Shown piece after piece: positions 54,337 to 63,064 of a DNA stretch of 64,000 bases; position 1 is the first letter of the stretch, and each line of letters opens with the position of its first letter. The stretch is taken from positions 1,544 through 65,543 of the forward strand of contig JBBAAQ010000005.1 of NCBI GenBank assembly GCA_041658255.1, in the 5' to 3' direction. The translations under genes were made by a program, and so were the position numbers. Under the pieces are notes generated by a model, which did not search any database, was not told where the DNA came from, and saw only the letters and a program-made list of their open reading frames with translations. This stretch comes from Candidatus Woesearchaeota archaeon (GTDB taxonomy: Archaea > Nanobdellota > Nanobdellia > Woesearchaeales > UBA9642).

Positions 54337-54864
54337 TTATATTGCGTAATATTCCTTAATTTTCTGGTGAATAGGGCCCACGGGTGTGAGTATACTCTGA
54401 TAGAGGATGAACCGATCAATCATGAACTCAATCTCGGGGATATCGATTGCAGATAATTTCTTTGCAAGTTCTTCTTTGTTATCGAGCATAATCTGCCGTG
54501 CACGCGCAATCGTTACATGGGGCATGAATTTATCCTTATATGCAGATAATGAACGGATATTTTTTTGCAATTGCATGAATGCGTCATTCATCTCAAGACC
54601 AATCCACACGATCCGGATACGGTTGTTCGCAGGGAAGAATCCTGGCTTTTGAGTCTTAAGTGTTATTGGTTTAAATGTGATGTGATCCAGTTTTGCAATT
54701 ATTACATTCATATCTTTCTCAGCGACCTCTCCAAGAAATGAGAGTGTCAAATGGATATGTTCATCCCTAACCTTGCGTAGTCGTGAGTCATCTAATTTTT
54801 CAAGAATCCTTCTCCCCATATCCTTTGCTTCTTGCGGGATTTCAATAGCGATAAAGAGTCGCAT
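54337..54864 (-). CDS. thpR: RNA 2',3'-cyclic phosphodiesterase (2H phosphoesterase, ThpR/LigT)
   Basis: MRLFIAIEIP, with two HxT motifs (HLTLSF and HVTIAR). Confidence 0.85.
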   Translation of the reverse strand: MRLFIAIEIPQEAKDMGRRILEKLDDSRLRKVRDEHIHLTLSFLGEVAEKDMNVIIAKLDHITFKPITLKTQKPGFFPANNRIRIVWIGLEMNDAFMQLQKNIRSLSAYKDKFMPHVTIARARQIMLDNKEELAKKLSAIDIPEIEFMIDRFILYQSILTPVGPIHQKIKEYYAI

Positions 54865-55037
54865 ATCTTCATTAGGATGATAGATTTTATAAATTTAAAG
54901 ATAAATTCATAAAACTTTATAAAACCGTGTTGTATCCTCGTCAGTATGCAAGTCGGTGTCGTTGGGAACGTGAATTACAAAAATTGTCCTTCAGCAAACG
55001 GGAAAAAGTATTTGCGCTCTCAATAGAACTCATCGTT

Positions 55038-55472
55038 TTACATCATGTTTTCATACTCATCTCGTAACACCCCAAAAGGATTCGAAAGTTTTCTGCAATT
55101 GTCTGTTTTCATATCTGATTTATGGGTCGGAAAATTTTGATCTCTCGTTGTTCTCTTAGTGTACGCTGTTATTTCTTCATCAATTAACTTTAGCAGTTTT
55201 TCTTGGACATATGGTCTGTCTTCGTTATTGAAAGATGCCCCGATGTTGTAAGCTTCTCTAAAAATAATTCTTACGGGAGGAGAATATTCACTTATTGTCT
55301 CTAAGGCTTTATCAATCCCATTCAATCCGCATTGAAGCATAAATCTCATAGAATCCAAGCATTGGATTCTTTCAGATCCTTCGAACTTACTTGTTAATCT
55401 CATTATTTCTTGTTTTTTTGCTTCGATTGTATCGTCGATATTTTCCATTGTTCTCATCCTCCTATTAATCAA
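55038..55472 (-). CDS. hypothetical protein
   Basis: 144-aa ORF. No family recognised. Confidence 0.45.
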   Translation of the reverse strand: MINRRMRTMENIDDTIEAKKQEIMRLTSKFEGSERIQCLDSMRFMLQCGLNGIDKALETISEYSPPVRIIFREAYNIGASFNNEDRPYVQEKLLKLIDEEITAYTKRTTRDQNFPTHKSDMKTDNCRKLSNPFGVLRDEYENMM

Positions 55473-55573
55473 ATAATATACTACTTAAGTATAGCATTGT
55501 GTCTGTTTTTACTATAAAATGGTTAAAAGATAACAGTATATTAATCTTTGTTGTCAGGTTATCTGACGAAAGA

Positions 55574-55581
55574 TTTATAAA
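55574..55581 (+). promoter_or_regulatory. TATA box TTTATAAA
   Basis: It ends 21 nt before the ATG at 55603. Confidence 0.5.
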
Positions 55582-55602
55582 AATGAAAGTCTTCCCGAAA
55601 GT

Positions 55603-56331
55603 ATGAACAAAGATGCATTGAAATCAGTGGGAATGACTAATTCAGAAGTAGAGGTTTATCTCGATTTGATAATGAACGATCAGTCTTCGGCATCTGAGAT
55701 AGCAGAAAGGGTGCAGATTGCGAGGACTTATGTCTATGATGCATTAGCGCATTTAATACAGAAAGGGATAATAAGCTATGTTTTAAAAAACAACAGGAAA
55801 GTGTTCCAAGCAAAAGACCCTGAAAAATTAGTTGAATATATTGAATATAAGGAAAAACAGTTAGAAATTCAAAAGAATGAGATAAAAAATTTAATCCCTG
55901 AATTAAAAAAATGCAAAGTTCTTAAATCTACCAAGCCAAAAGTTGAGATATTGGAAGGACCAGAAGGACTAAAGACTGCATTTAATGATATTGTGAAAGA
56001 AGGCCACGACATTCTTGCATGGGGCGGAACAAGAGAAAGTTATAAGCATGTTCCTGAATTTGTAATAAAAAAATATGTGAGAGAGAAAGCAGAAAAAAAT
56101 ATTAAAACAACTCAACTGTATACTAAAGGATCAGGAACATTTTCAGGGCCAGGATATAAAAACATAAAAATATCAAGAGAATTTTCGGCACCAGCAACAG
56201 TAGCAACGTACGGAAAGAAAACAGCAGTATTTATTTGGGCAGAAACTCCTGTCACAATTCTTATAGAGAGCAAAGAAGTTGCTGAATCATTCAAGAAACA
56301 CATAACTTTTCTCATAAATAAATTAGCATAA
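55603..56331 (+). CDS. TrmB-family transcriptional regulator
   Basis: LKSVGMTNSEVEVYLDLIMNDQSSASEIAERVQIARTYVYDALAHLIQKGIISYV is the TrmB winged-helix N-terminal domain. Confidence 0.8.
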   Translation: MNKDALKSVGMTNSEVEVYLDLIMNDQSSASEIAERVQIARTYVYDALAHLIQKGIISYVLKNNRKVFQAKDPEKLVEYIEYKEKQLEIQKNEIKNLIPELKKCKVLKSTKPKVEILEGPEGLKTAFNDIVKEGHDILAWGGTRESYKHVPEFVIKKYVREKAEKNIKTTQLYTKGSGTFSGPGYKNIKISREFSAPATVATYGKKTAVFIWAETPVTILIESKEVAESFKKHITFLINKLA

Positions 56332-56496
56332 AAATTTCTAAAGTTTTCACTGGACATCCTCGCGTAGGATATTTAAATCCTTCTTAATTTCCTCATACTG
56401 CTCTGTTCGATGTTCTCGGGTTTGGTGGAGAATATTTTTCTAATAGTATATGGAACTATGGATGTAATCTTTTGTAGTGGTTGATTTTTCGTTAAC

Positions 56497-56504
56497 TTTA
56501 TAAA
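56497..56504 (+). promoter_or_regulatory. TATA box TTTATAAA
   Basis: It ends 23 nt before the ATG at 56528. Confidence 0.5.
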
Positions 56505-56527
56505 CAAATGACTGTTATTATAGTCAT

Positions 56528-57079
56528 ATGACCATTAAATTATTCAGTATGGATTATGAAATAATGTTGTTATTGATCGGCGAGGAGCTTCACGGCAGAA
56601 TCATATCTAAGAAACTAAAAGCAAATCTCTCATCTGTGCAAAATCATCTCGAATTATTGAGAAATTTAAACGTCATCGATTATAAAACTGTCGGAAAAAA
56701 TAACATATATTATATCAAGAAATCATTGTCTGCACAAAAATATGTCTATAACGCTGAGAACTATAAGCTACTACGAATTATTGAGAAATATCCCTTCCTC
56801 GAGCCGCTTATCATGGATATTATCGGGCAAGATGTTAAGTTGATTATCTTGTTTGGAAGTTTTGCCAAATTAATTGCAAAAGATGACAGCGATATCGATG
56901 TGTACGTTGAAACGCAAAGGAAAGATTTAAAAAACTCTATGGAATCCATTAATTCAAGATTGAGTGTAAAGATCGGAGCGTTTGATATGCGCTCTTTACT
57001 TATAAAAGAGATTGTGAAAAATCACATCATACTCAAAGGTGTTGAGGATTATTATGACAGAATTGGATTTTTTAAATAA
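56528..57079 (+). CDS. winged-HTH plus minimal nucleotidyltransferase (MNT) protein
   Basis: LIILFGSFAKLIAKDDSDIDVYV gives the GS...DxD nucleotidyltransferase motif. The N-terminus is wHTH-like. Confidence 0.8.
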   Translation: MTIKLFSMDYEIMLLLIGEELHGRIISKKLKANLSSVQNHLELLRNLNVIDYKTVGKNNIYYIKKSLSAQKYVYNAENYKLLRIIEKYPFLEPLIMDIIGQDVKLIILFGSFAKLIAKDDSDIDVYVETQRKDLKNSMESINSRLSVKIGAFDMRSLLIKEIVKNHIILKGVEDYYDRIGFFK

Positions 57080-57539
57080 ATTAAAGAAAGAAGGAAAATT
57101 GGAATTAGTAGATCCATCACAAGAAATAAGCAAAGCATATCTTATTAAATCCGATAATTGCATAAGATCGTCTAAGTATTTATTTGAAAAAAATATTTAC
57201 GAAAATGCCGTGGCTGAAGCATACTTCGGGATATATAACTCCCTATTGTCTCTCTTATTTAAATGCGGTATCAAGTCAGAAACTCACGCCGGTTCCATAA
57301 TTTTGTTGAGAAGAATTTTTGGATTAGATGCCATAGCAAAAATAGTTTTTGATGCCAAAAAAGAAAGGATTGATAACCAGTATTATGTCACAGATAATAT
57401 TAATACAGCGATTAGTAGGGATTATTGTAAAAGATTTATCTCTTCTGCAGAAAAAATAGTTTTAGAGCTTCGATCATACGCGGCTCGTTTGACAGAAGAG
57501 AAAATTAATGTTTTAAGGAACAGATTTAAGAGAATATAG
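57054..57539 (+). CDS. HEPN-domain protein (partner of the MNT)
   Basis: The helical domain AYLIKSDNCIRSSKYLFEKNIYENAVAEAYFGIYNSLLSLL is typical of the HEPN family. It overlaps the MNT gene by 26 nt. Confidence 0.7.
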   Translation: MTELDFLNKLKKEGKLELVDPSQEISKAYLIKSDNCIRSSKYLFEKNIYENAVAEAYFGIYNSLLSLLFKCGIKSETHAGSIILLRRIFGLDAIAKIVFDAKKERIDNQYYVTDNINTAISRDYCKRFISSAEKIVLELRSYAARLTEEKINVLRNRFKRI

Positions 57540-57555
57540 TGCGGAGTAAAATAAA

Positions 57556-58758
57556 ATGCAGCTAGGTATTTGTGGCAAGCCAAATACAGGTAAGTCAACG
57601 TTTTTCAAAGCAGCTACGCTTATGGACGTTCTCATCGCAAATTATCCCTTCGCAACAATCAAACCGAATCATGGCGCGGGGTTTGTGAAGGTTCCGTGTG
57701 TGGACACATTCTTTAATACGCAGTGTAATCCTCGTGAAGGATTCTGTATCAATCATGTGCGATTTGTACCAGTAGACGTCATTGATGTCGCAGGATTAGT
57801 CCCCGGGGCACATGAAGGTAAAGGTTTAGGAAATCAATTACTTGATGATCTTCGACAGGCTGATGCGTTAATTCATGTCGTAGATTTTGCAGGAACAACT
57901 AATGAACGTGGAGAACCTGTCTCTGCCGGATCGCGCGATCCTTATGAAGACATTGTCTTTTTAGAGGAAGAAATCGATTACTGGTATCTTGGAATTCTTA
58001 ATAAGGGTTGGGAACGATTTGCCCGTCAGATACAACAGGAACATGCGGATGTCACGAAAGCGTTAGCAAAACAATTATCAGGACTCAAAGTGACTGACGA
58101 AATTATGGAAGACTCCATACGCAAACTTAAGCTCGACAAAGGACAGCTCACGAGATGGACTGATACTGATTTATTTAATCTTGCGCAAGCATTACGTAAA
58201 GTGACTAAGCCAATGATTATTGCAGCAAACAAAATGGATATTTCTGTTGCGCAGGAGAATTATCGTAAAATTCGTGCAGAACATCCCGAACTTACCATCA
58301 TTCCTTGTTCAGCTGAATCCGAACTTGCATTGCGGGAAGCAGCAAAACATCAATTAATCAATTATATCCCGGGAGAGACTGCGTTTACATTTGTTGATGA
58401 ATCAAAACTTAACGATAAACAAAAATTTGCACTTAATTTTATTAAAGAAAATGTTTTGCAGAAAAATGTTGAGGGAACAGGCGTACAAACCGCACTCAAT
58501 GCTGCAGTATTTGGCCTTCTTAACTATATGACGATTTTTCCTGGCGGCGTCAATAAACTGACTGATCAATACGGTAGAGTTCTTCCGGATTGTTTTTTAA
58601 TGCCACCGGGAACAACAGCACTTGACTTCGCATACCGATTACATACTGATTTCGGTAAGAACTTCATCAAAGCAATCGATGTTAAGAAACGACTTCCTGT
58701 CGGTAAAGATCATAAATTACAGAATGGTGATGTGATTGAAATCCATAGCGGGAAATAA
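57556..58758 (+). CDS. Obg/YchF/DRG-family GTPase with a C-terminal TGS-like domain
   Basis: GICGKPNTGKSTFF (G1), DVAGLVPGAHEG (G3), ANKMD (G4) and the C-terminal LQNGDVIEI. Confidence 0.88.
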   Translation: MQLGICGKPNTGKSTFFKAATLMDVLIANYPFATIKPNHGAGFVKVPCVDTFFNTQCNPREGFCINHVRFVPVDVIDVAGLVPGAHEGKGLGNQLLDDLRQADALIHVVDFAGTTNERGEPVSAGSRDPYEDIVFLEEEIDYWYLGILNKGWERFARQIQQEHADVTKALAKQLSGLKVTDEIMEDSIRKLKLDKGQLTRWTDTDLFNLAQALRKVTKPMIIAANKMDISVAQENYRKIRAEHPELTIIPCSAESELALREAAKHQLINYIPGETAFTFVDESKLNDKQKFALNFIKENVLQKNVEGTGVQTALNAAVFGLLNYMTIFPGGVNKLTDQYGRVLPDCFLMPPGTTALDFAYRLHTDFGKNFIKAIDVKKRLPVGKDHKLQNGDVIEIHSGK

Positions 58759-58774
58759 TACTTCAAAAATATGC

Positions 58775-59212
58775 ATGACTTGTACGCAGGTAAATCCTGA
58801 TGATTTAGTGTATGAATCAATGTATTGGCGTGTTATTCTTTGCGATGATCAAGCATATCTTGGGCGATCAATCATCGCACTCAAACGGCATGCACGACAT
58901 CTCTCTGTTTTAAGTGCTGCAGAATGGCAAGATTTTTCTCTACTTGCAAAGAAATTAGAGCATGCATTCATGGCCGCATTTGATGCGCGTATGTTTAATT
59001 GGACTGCACTCATGAATAGCGGATATAAGGCCAATCCCTATGATGCGCATGTGCACTGGCATATCCGTCCACGATATGATCACACCATTGCTATTGCAGG
59101 GCATACGTTTATTGACCCAAATTTTTCGCATCATTATGAACGAAAAACAGACCTCCATGTCTCTTTAACGGTTCGCAAGAATATTATCGATATGCTACGA
59201 AAAGAATTGTAG
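58775..59212 (+). CDS. HIT-family hydrolase
   Basis: AHVHWHIRPRY is the histidine triad. The ATG at 58775 is preferred over the TTG at 58736, which overlaps the GTPase gene. Confidence 0.8.
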   Translation: MTCTQVNPDDLVYESMYWRVILCDDQAYLGRSIIALKRHARHLSVLSAAEWQDFSLLAKKLEHAFMAAFDARMFNWTALMNSGYKANPYDAHVHWHIRPRYDHTIAIAGHTFIDPNFSHHYERKTDLHVSLTVRKNIIDMLRKEL

Positions 59213-59227
59213 ATACGTTATTACTCG

Positions 59228-59255
59228 TTATTTCCCATACGCTTCTCTAAGAATC
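59228..59255. repeat. duplicated copy of the tyrS 3' coding end (direct repeat of 59975-60002)
   Basis: TTATTTCCCATACGCTTCTCTAAGAATC versus TTATTCCCCATACGCTTCTTCAAGAATC match at 25 of 28 positions. The reverse strand would read LILREAYGK* versus the genuine KILEEAYGE*. Confidence 0.85.
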
Positions 59256-59282
59256 AGGATTTATTCTATTATCTGTCTATTA

Positions 59283-59876
59283 TTACTTTTTATACTTCAA
59301 GAATTCTGCATCGACAACTTCAGTTAATGTGTCTTTTACTGAAGAGTTTTTTATTTCTGCAAAGTCTGCAATACAGCTCCTGCGCAAATATCGATAAAGC
59401 TTATCATCTTTATAGCGTCCTTTCACAAATTCTGCCATTTTATAGTAGACCGTTATTTTTTCTAATGTGTCTATACGGTTATATGCGTGAGCTGTTGCAG
59501 AGAGAAATTTCAAAAACTTTTTTGTGCTTTCAAAAAATTCATCAATGCCCATATCAACACCATAGATGATGCCTATTATAAATTTTTCTGAATACCATTT
59601 ATCAATAAAAGCAATATCTGTTGCAAGCGTTTTTTTGCTAATATGTTTCCATCTTTTTTGTGCGTAGAGTCTGAAATCATTCTTCATATGACGCACCATG
59701 TAGTTATAGGTTTGAGTGTCATCATACGTTTCTAACGTGTAAGCTGCAAGTATGGCCTTATTGTAGAATGCATTATATTGGCTCCCGTGAGGTGTCGTTA
59801 TCTTCTTTTTGAATTGTAAGCATAGCCTCTTTTCACTATTAAGTTCATGAATGATGTCCTGAAGTGCGGTGTTCAT
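59283..59876 (-). CDS. hypothetical protein inside the segment bracketed by the tyrS-end repeats
   Basis: 197-aa ORF. No family recognised. Confidence 0.55.
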   Translation of the reverse strand: MNTALQDIIHELNSEKRLCLQFKKKITTPHGSQYNAFYNKAILAAYTLETYDDTQTYNYMVRHMKNDFRLYAQKRWKHISKKTLATDIAFIDKWYSEKFIIGIIYGVDMGIDEFFESTKKFLKFLSATAHAYNRIDTLEKITVYYKMAEFVKGRYKDDKLYRYLRRSCIADFAEIKNSSVKDTLTEVVDAEFLKYKK

Positions 59877-59974
59877 GCTTTAAGAATAACGGGATTCTTT
59901 ATTAACCTATCGTCTAAAAAATTGAAAATTATTCGAATGTTACCGAAAGATTTTCGGGAATATGTTCTTTTATA

Positions 59975-61012
59975 TTATTCCCCATACGCTTCTTCAAGAA
60001 TCTTCTTCGCGTGCGCGTGTTCAAATTTCTTGCGGATGGGTTCGAGTAATGTATCTATTTCGACTGCGACCCCGTTCTTTAAATCTGTAGGATGGAGTTG
60101 TTTAGTCGTATATGCGTCGAGAAGTCCTTCTTTCGTGCTGAACATGAGTGGTCCGCCCCACTTTTCCGGCCGATCAATGATGAATGATTCGCTTTTGTCC
60201 ATTTTCTGCGTCATGATGATTGTTAATGCAAAATCAAGCACCCCATTTTCCGGATTTCCTTCTTCACAGTATGCATTCTTCAGTTTTTCTTTTATGGTTT
60301 TCAAATCATCGAGTAAATCGATCTTGGAGTTCTTGACTGAACTTGACATCTTCCCGTCTGCAGTAAGCCCGCGGATAAAGGGGGTCATAAGTTCAATTCG
60401 ATGTCTATAGCCGATTTGCGGCAGGTATTCACGCGCAAACACAAAGATTTTACGTTGATCAATACCACCCATCTGGATATCGACACCAAGATATTCTTCA
60501 TCAAGCGCTTGCATGATAGGATAGATTAATCCTGAAAGTTTTGGGTTATCACCCATCTTGACAACGTCTGATGCAGCGCGGGTACAATCATTGACTGAAG
60601 TGAGCGTAGACATCTTTAAGACGTCAAGAATATATTCTTTTTTGAGCTGAAAATCTGATCCTTTAATCATTTCGAATTTTTCAAGGTCTCCGCCCATGGA
60701 TTCAATCATTGCAGGGATAACGATTTCATAATACTTGTAGCGTTTTTCAAGCAATTCCCATGGGCAATTATCAAGCGCTCCATGGATATCCGCAAGGAGT
60801 ACTTTGACTTTGAATCCTGCTTTTAAAAAATCTGCAAGTTTTTGTACCCATGAAAAGTAGCCGATATGGGGTCTACCCGTAACTGATGTCCCAAGATATA
60901 CTGAGGGATTTTTTTTTGTTTCTAATAATAGTTTCAATTCGTCAAGCGTTATGATCTCCTGGCAGTTTCGGGAAATGATTGCGATTTTTTCATCAGTATT
61001 CATCATCATCAC
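59975..61012 (-). CDS. tyrS: tyrosyl-tRNA synthetase (archaeal type)
   Basis: GRPHIGY (HIGH), LLADIHGALDN, GGIDQRKIFVFAREYLP and KMSSS (KMSKS). Confidence 0.9.
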   Translation of the reverse strand: MMMMNTDEKIAIISRNCQEIITLDELKLLLETKKNPSVYLGTSVTGRPHIGYFSWVQKLADFLKAGFKVKVLLADIHGALDNCPWELLEKRYKYYEIVIPAMIESMGGDLEKFEMIKGSDFQLKKEYILDVLKMSTLTSVNDCTRAASDVVKMGDNPKLSGLIYPIMQALDEEYLGVDIQMGGIDQRKIFVFAREYLPQIGYRHRIELMTPFIRGLTADGKMSSSVKNSKIDLLDDLKTIKEKLKNAYCEEGNPENGVLDFALTIIMTQKMDKSESFIIDRPEKWGGPLMFSTKEGLLDAYTTKQLHPTDLKNGVAVEIDTLLEPIRKKFEHAHAKKILEEAYGE

Positions 61013-61033
61013 ATCGCCTATTGCGCGTCCTTC

Positions 61034-61264
61034 TTATTCGTGCTTTTGCATATACAAATATGCAGCAAATCCGCCAACAACAAAAACAAAGAGTATCTGT
61101 CCAAATCCTGCGTAAGATACTGGCGCAGAATATGCAACAACATTTCCCGTCAATCCATTACCTGAAGACTCAGATGTTGCTCCGCCTGAAAGCATGATAA
61201 CCACTCCGACGAGTGCAACGATTCCGACAATCACTAAGATATAGAGTCCTGTTTTATCCTGCAT
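61034..61264 (-). CDS. small two-TM membrane protein
   Basis: 76 aa with two hydrophobic segments. Confidence 0.5.
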   Translation of the reverse strand: MQDKTGLYILVIVGIVALVGVVIMLSGGATSESSGNGLTGNVVAYSAPVSYAGFGQILFVFVVGGFAAYLYMQKHE

Positions 61265-61268
61265 AGTT

Positions 61269-61859
61269 TCACCTTATCAGTTTATGCTGCCGTAATACGC
61301 GGGTATATAATTTAAAGTCCTCGCTCCTCTTGAATTCCTGTAATTTTTCTGGAGGAAGTTGAATAATCCATTCATGCATATTTTTGAGCATGGCCTTCAT
61401 TTCTTCTTCAGAAACAGGCGTATCGTCCTGTTCCGCTTCCGATGAAGATGTTTCAGGACGGTTCTGGTATTCATCTGAATGATGATCTTTTTTATCTTCA
61501 GTGATATCATCACCACTATCTTCTTCATCTTGTTTTTCTCTTGTTTTTGATGATCGCAATTTTTTGAAGAATCGTTTGAGCACTCCCTCATGTTCTTCTT
61601 CAATCTTTTCTTCTACTTCGCGCTCGACTTTGTCGACTTCTTCAATTTTATGTTCCATCTCTTCAAGATCTTTCTTTTCTTCTGCGGGCATCTCTTCGAC
61701 TTTTGCTTTTTCTTCGAGTTCTTCTTTGATTTCTTCCTGAACCTCTGTTTTTGGTCTTGGGTTTGATCCGAACACTTTCCTCCAGAATGGCGTAGTTTTT
61801 TTACGCTCATGAATATATGATTTCAAGTCGTCATTGATCTCTTTTTGATTCATAATCAT
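61269..61859 (-). CDS. highly charged (Glu/Lys-rich) hypothetical protein
   Basis: 196-aa ORF ending 5 nt before the next gene. Confidence 0.55.
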   Translation of the reverse strand: MIMNQKEINDDLKSYIHERKKTTPFWRKVFGSNPRPKTEVQEEIKEELEEKAKVEEMPAEEKKDLEEMEHKIEEVDKVEREVEEKIEEEHEGVLKRFFKKLRSSKTREKQDEEDSGDDITEDKKDHHSDEYQNRPETSSSEAEQDDTPVSEEEMKAMLKNMHEWIIQLPPEKLQEFKRSEDFKLYTRVLRQHKLIR

Positions 61860-61936
61860 CTACCCCGTGATATCATACTCTCATTACTCCACCCACATTT
61901 TTAAAGTTAATGATTTTTGTAGTCCTTTTCTCATAA

Positions 61937-62052
61937 ATGTTCAGCATCAATGTGCGAGCATTAGTGTACGTACTATCAAGAAATGTTTATAGGATTGCAA
62001 GTGGTAAACATTTCCTGCGATTGCTTATAGAAATGCGAGCGATGCTGAACAT
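61937..62052. repeat. palindromic intergenic element, family copy B
   Basis: The outer IR ATGTTCAGCATC (61937-61948) / GATGCTGAACAT (62041-62052) is 12 bp and perfect. The inner IR GAAATGTTTA (61980-61989) / TAAACATTTC (62005-62014) is also perfect. Confidence 0.9.
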
Positions 62053-62093
62053 AGCAATGAATGAGTGGTTAGCAGTTATTTTTACTTTCTCCC

Positions 62094-62780
62094 CTAGAAG
62101 AATTTCATCTTCAAAAATTCGTAGATATTGAATGTGAGAATGTTAACGCCATAGGTTAAAAAAAATTTGATGAAGAGGACGAGGAGGAGTAATTCGATGA
62201 GTTTTCCGATGAGAAGCCAGAGGAGGAATTTCCAGAAATTAAATTTGACGCTTCCTAAAAATACGGTGAGTGCTTCAATAGGAAAGAAGGGAATAAAGTT
62301 TCCTACGACGAGTAATGAGGTTCCCCATTTGGAGAATTTCTTGTTGAATGTTTTCACATCTTCTTTCAAAATCTTTTTGCGGACAAAACGCGAAAAAAAG
62401 AAGCCAATACCATAATTGACTACGCGTCCGAGTGAGACGGAAATCACTGCGACGAGTGTTGTCATCCACGGGTCTGCGCCGTCAAGAATATAGTAGACAT
62501 AAAAGAAATGCGCGGGAAGGCTCACAAGAATCGTGCTTCCAATAAAACTAATCATAAAGAGCCAGAAGAATGATTTTTGTGCGAGTTGATCTTTTGCAGT
62601 CATATAGGATTGTGAAATCCATGAATCCTTGTCTGCGTGAGTAATGATATAGGGTTGGAATGCAGCCATGATGAGCGCGATGGCGAGGATTCCTCCTGCA
62701 AAGAGGATAAGGCGCGAATATTCCTGCCAGAAGGATTTAGGTGGTGTTACTATTCGTTTACGTGAAGATATCTTCGACAT
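62094..62780 (-). CDS. DedA/VTT-domain (TVP38-like) membrane protein
   Basis: VVNYGIGFFFSRFVRKKILKEDVKTFNKKFSKWGTSLLVVGNFIPFFPIEALTVFLGS. The ATG at 62780 (MSKISSRK) is used because the track's longer ORF runs through the tRNA-like gene. Confidence 0.75.
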   Translation of the reverse strand: MSKISSRKRIVTPPKSFWQEYSRLILFAGGILAIALIMAAFQPYIITHADKDSWISQSYMTAKDQLAQKSFFWLFMISFIGSTILVSLPAHFFYVYYILDGADPWMTTLVAVISVSLGRVVNYGIGFFFSRFVRKKILKEDVKTFNKKFSKWGTSLLVVGNFIPFFPIEALTVFLGSVKFNFWKFLLWLLIGKLIELLLLVLFIKFFLTYGVNILTFNIYEFLKMKFF

Positions 62781-62844
62781 ACATTTACAATACTCCTCGA
62801 CTTTAAAAAGGTTATTTGATGGAATAAATAATAAAAGAAAGTGA

Positions 62845-62961
62845 TGGGGATGCTGGGATTCGAATTTCTGAGACGCCACTTTCAAACGTCTTCCCAGATC
62901 AACCGGTATCTTCTGGCACGTCATCGGCTTTCGCCTCATCGCTCCATTATCTGGAGCCGGT
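62845..62961 (-). tRNA. tRNA-Trp(CCA)-like gene portion (positions 27-73) with two introns; no 5' acceptor or D arm found
   Basis: ACCGG-CUCCAGA...CCGGU anticodon arm (anticodon is the complement of 62952-62954), with a 43-nt insert at 62907-62949. The T arm CUGGG/UUCGAAU/CCCAG is interrupted by a 28-nt insert (62865-62892) that folds into a perfect hBHBh' motif. The 3' acceptor is CAUCCCC plus A. No GGGGAUG lies upstream. Confidence 0.5.
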
Positions 62962-63064
62962 TATTCTAGCCAGGTTAGTCTTTAATTTGGTATATTATAT
63001 TTAGTTTTATATGAAATAAACGTCAGGAATTTAAATACTCTTGCGCAAGCCTTTATTGAATAAG

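Noticed and set aside
61937-62131. 64-aa plus-strand ORF.
   Set aside because: It is composed almost entirely of the palindromic repeat element and the antisense of the DedA gene end.
62781-62939. N-terminal 53 residues of the track ORF 62094..62939.
   Set aside because: This part of the ORF runs through the tRNA-like T arm and acceptor sequence. The membrane-protein homology starts after the internal ATG at 62780.
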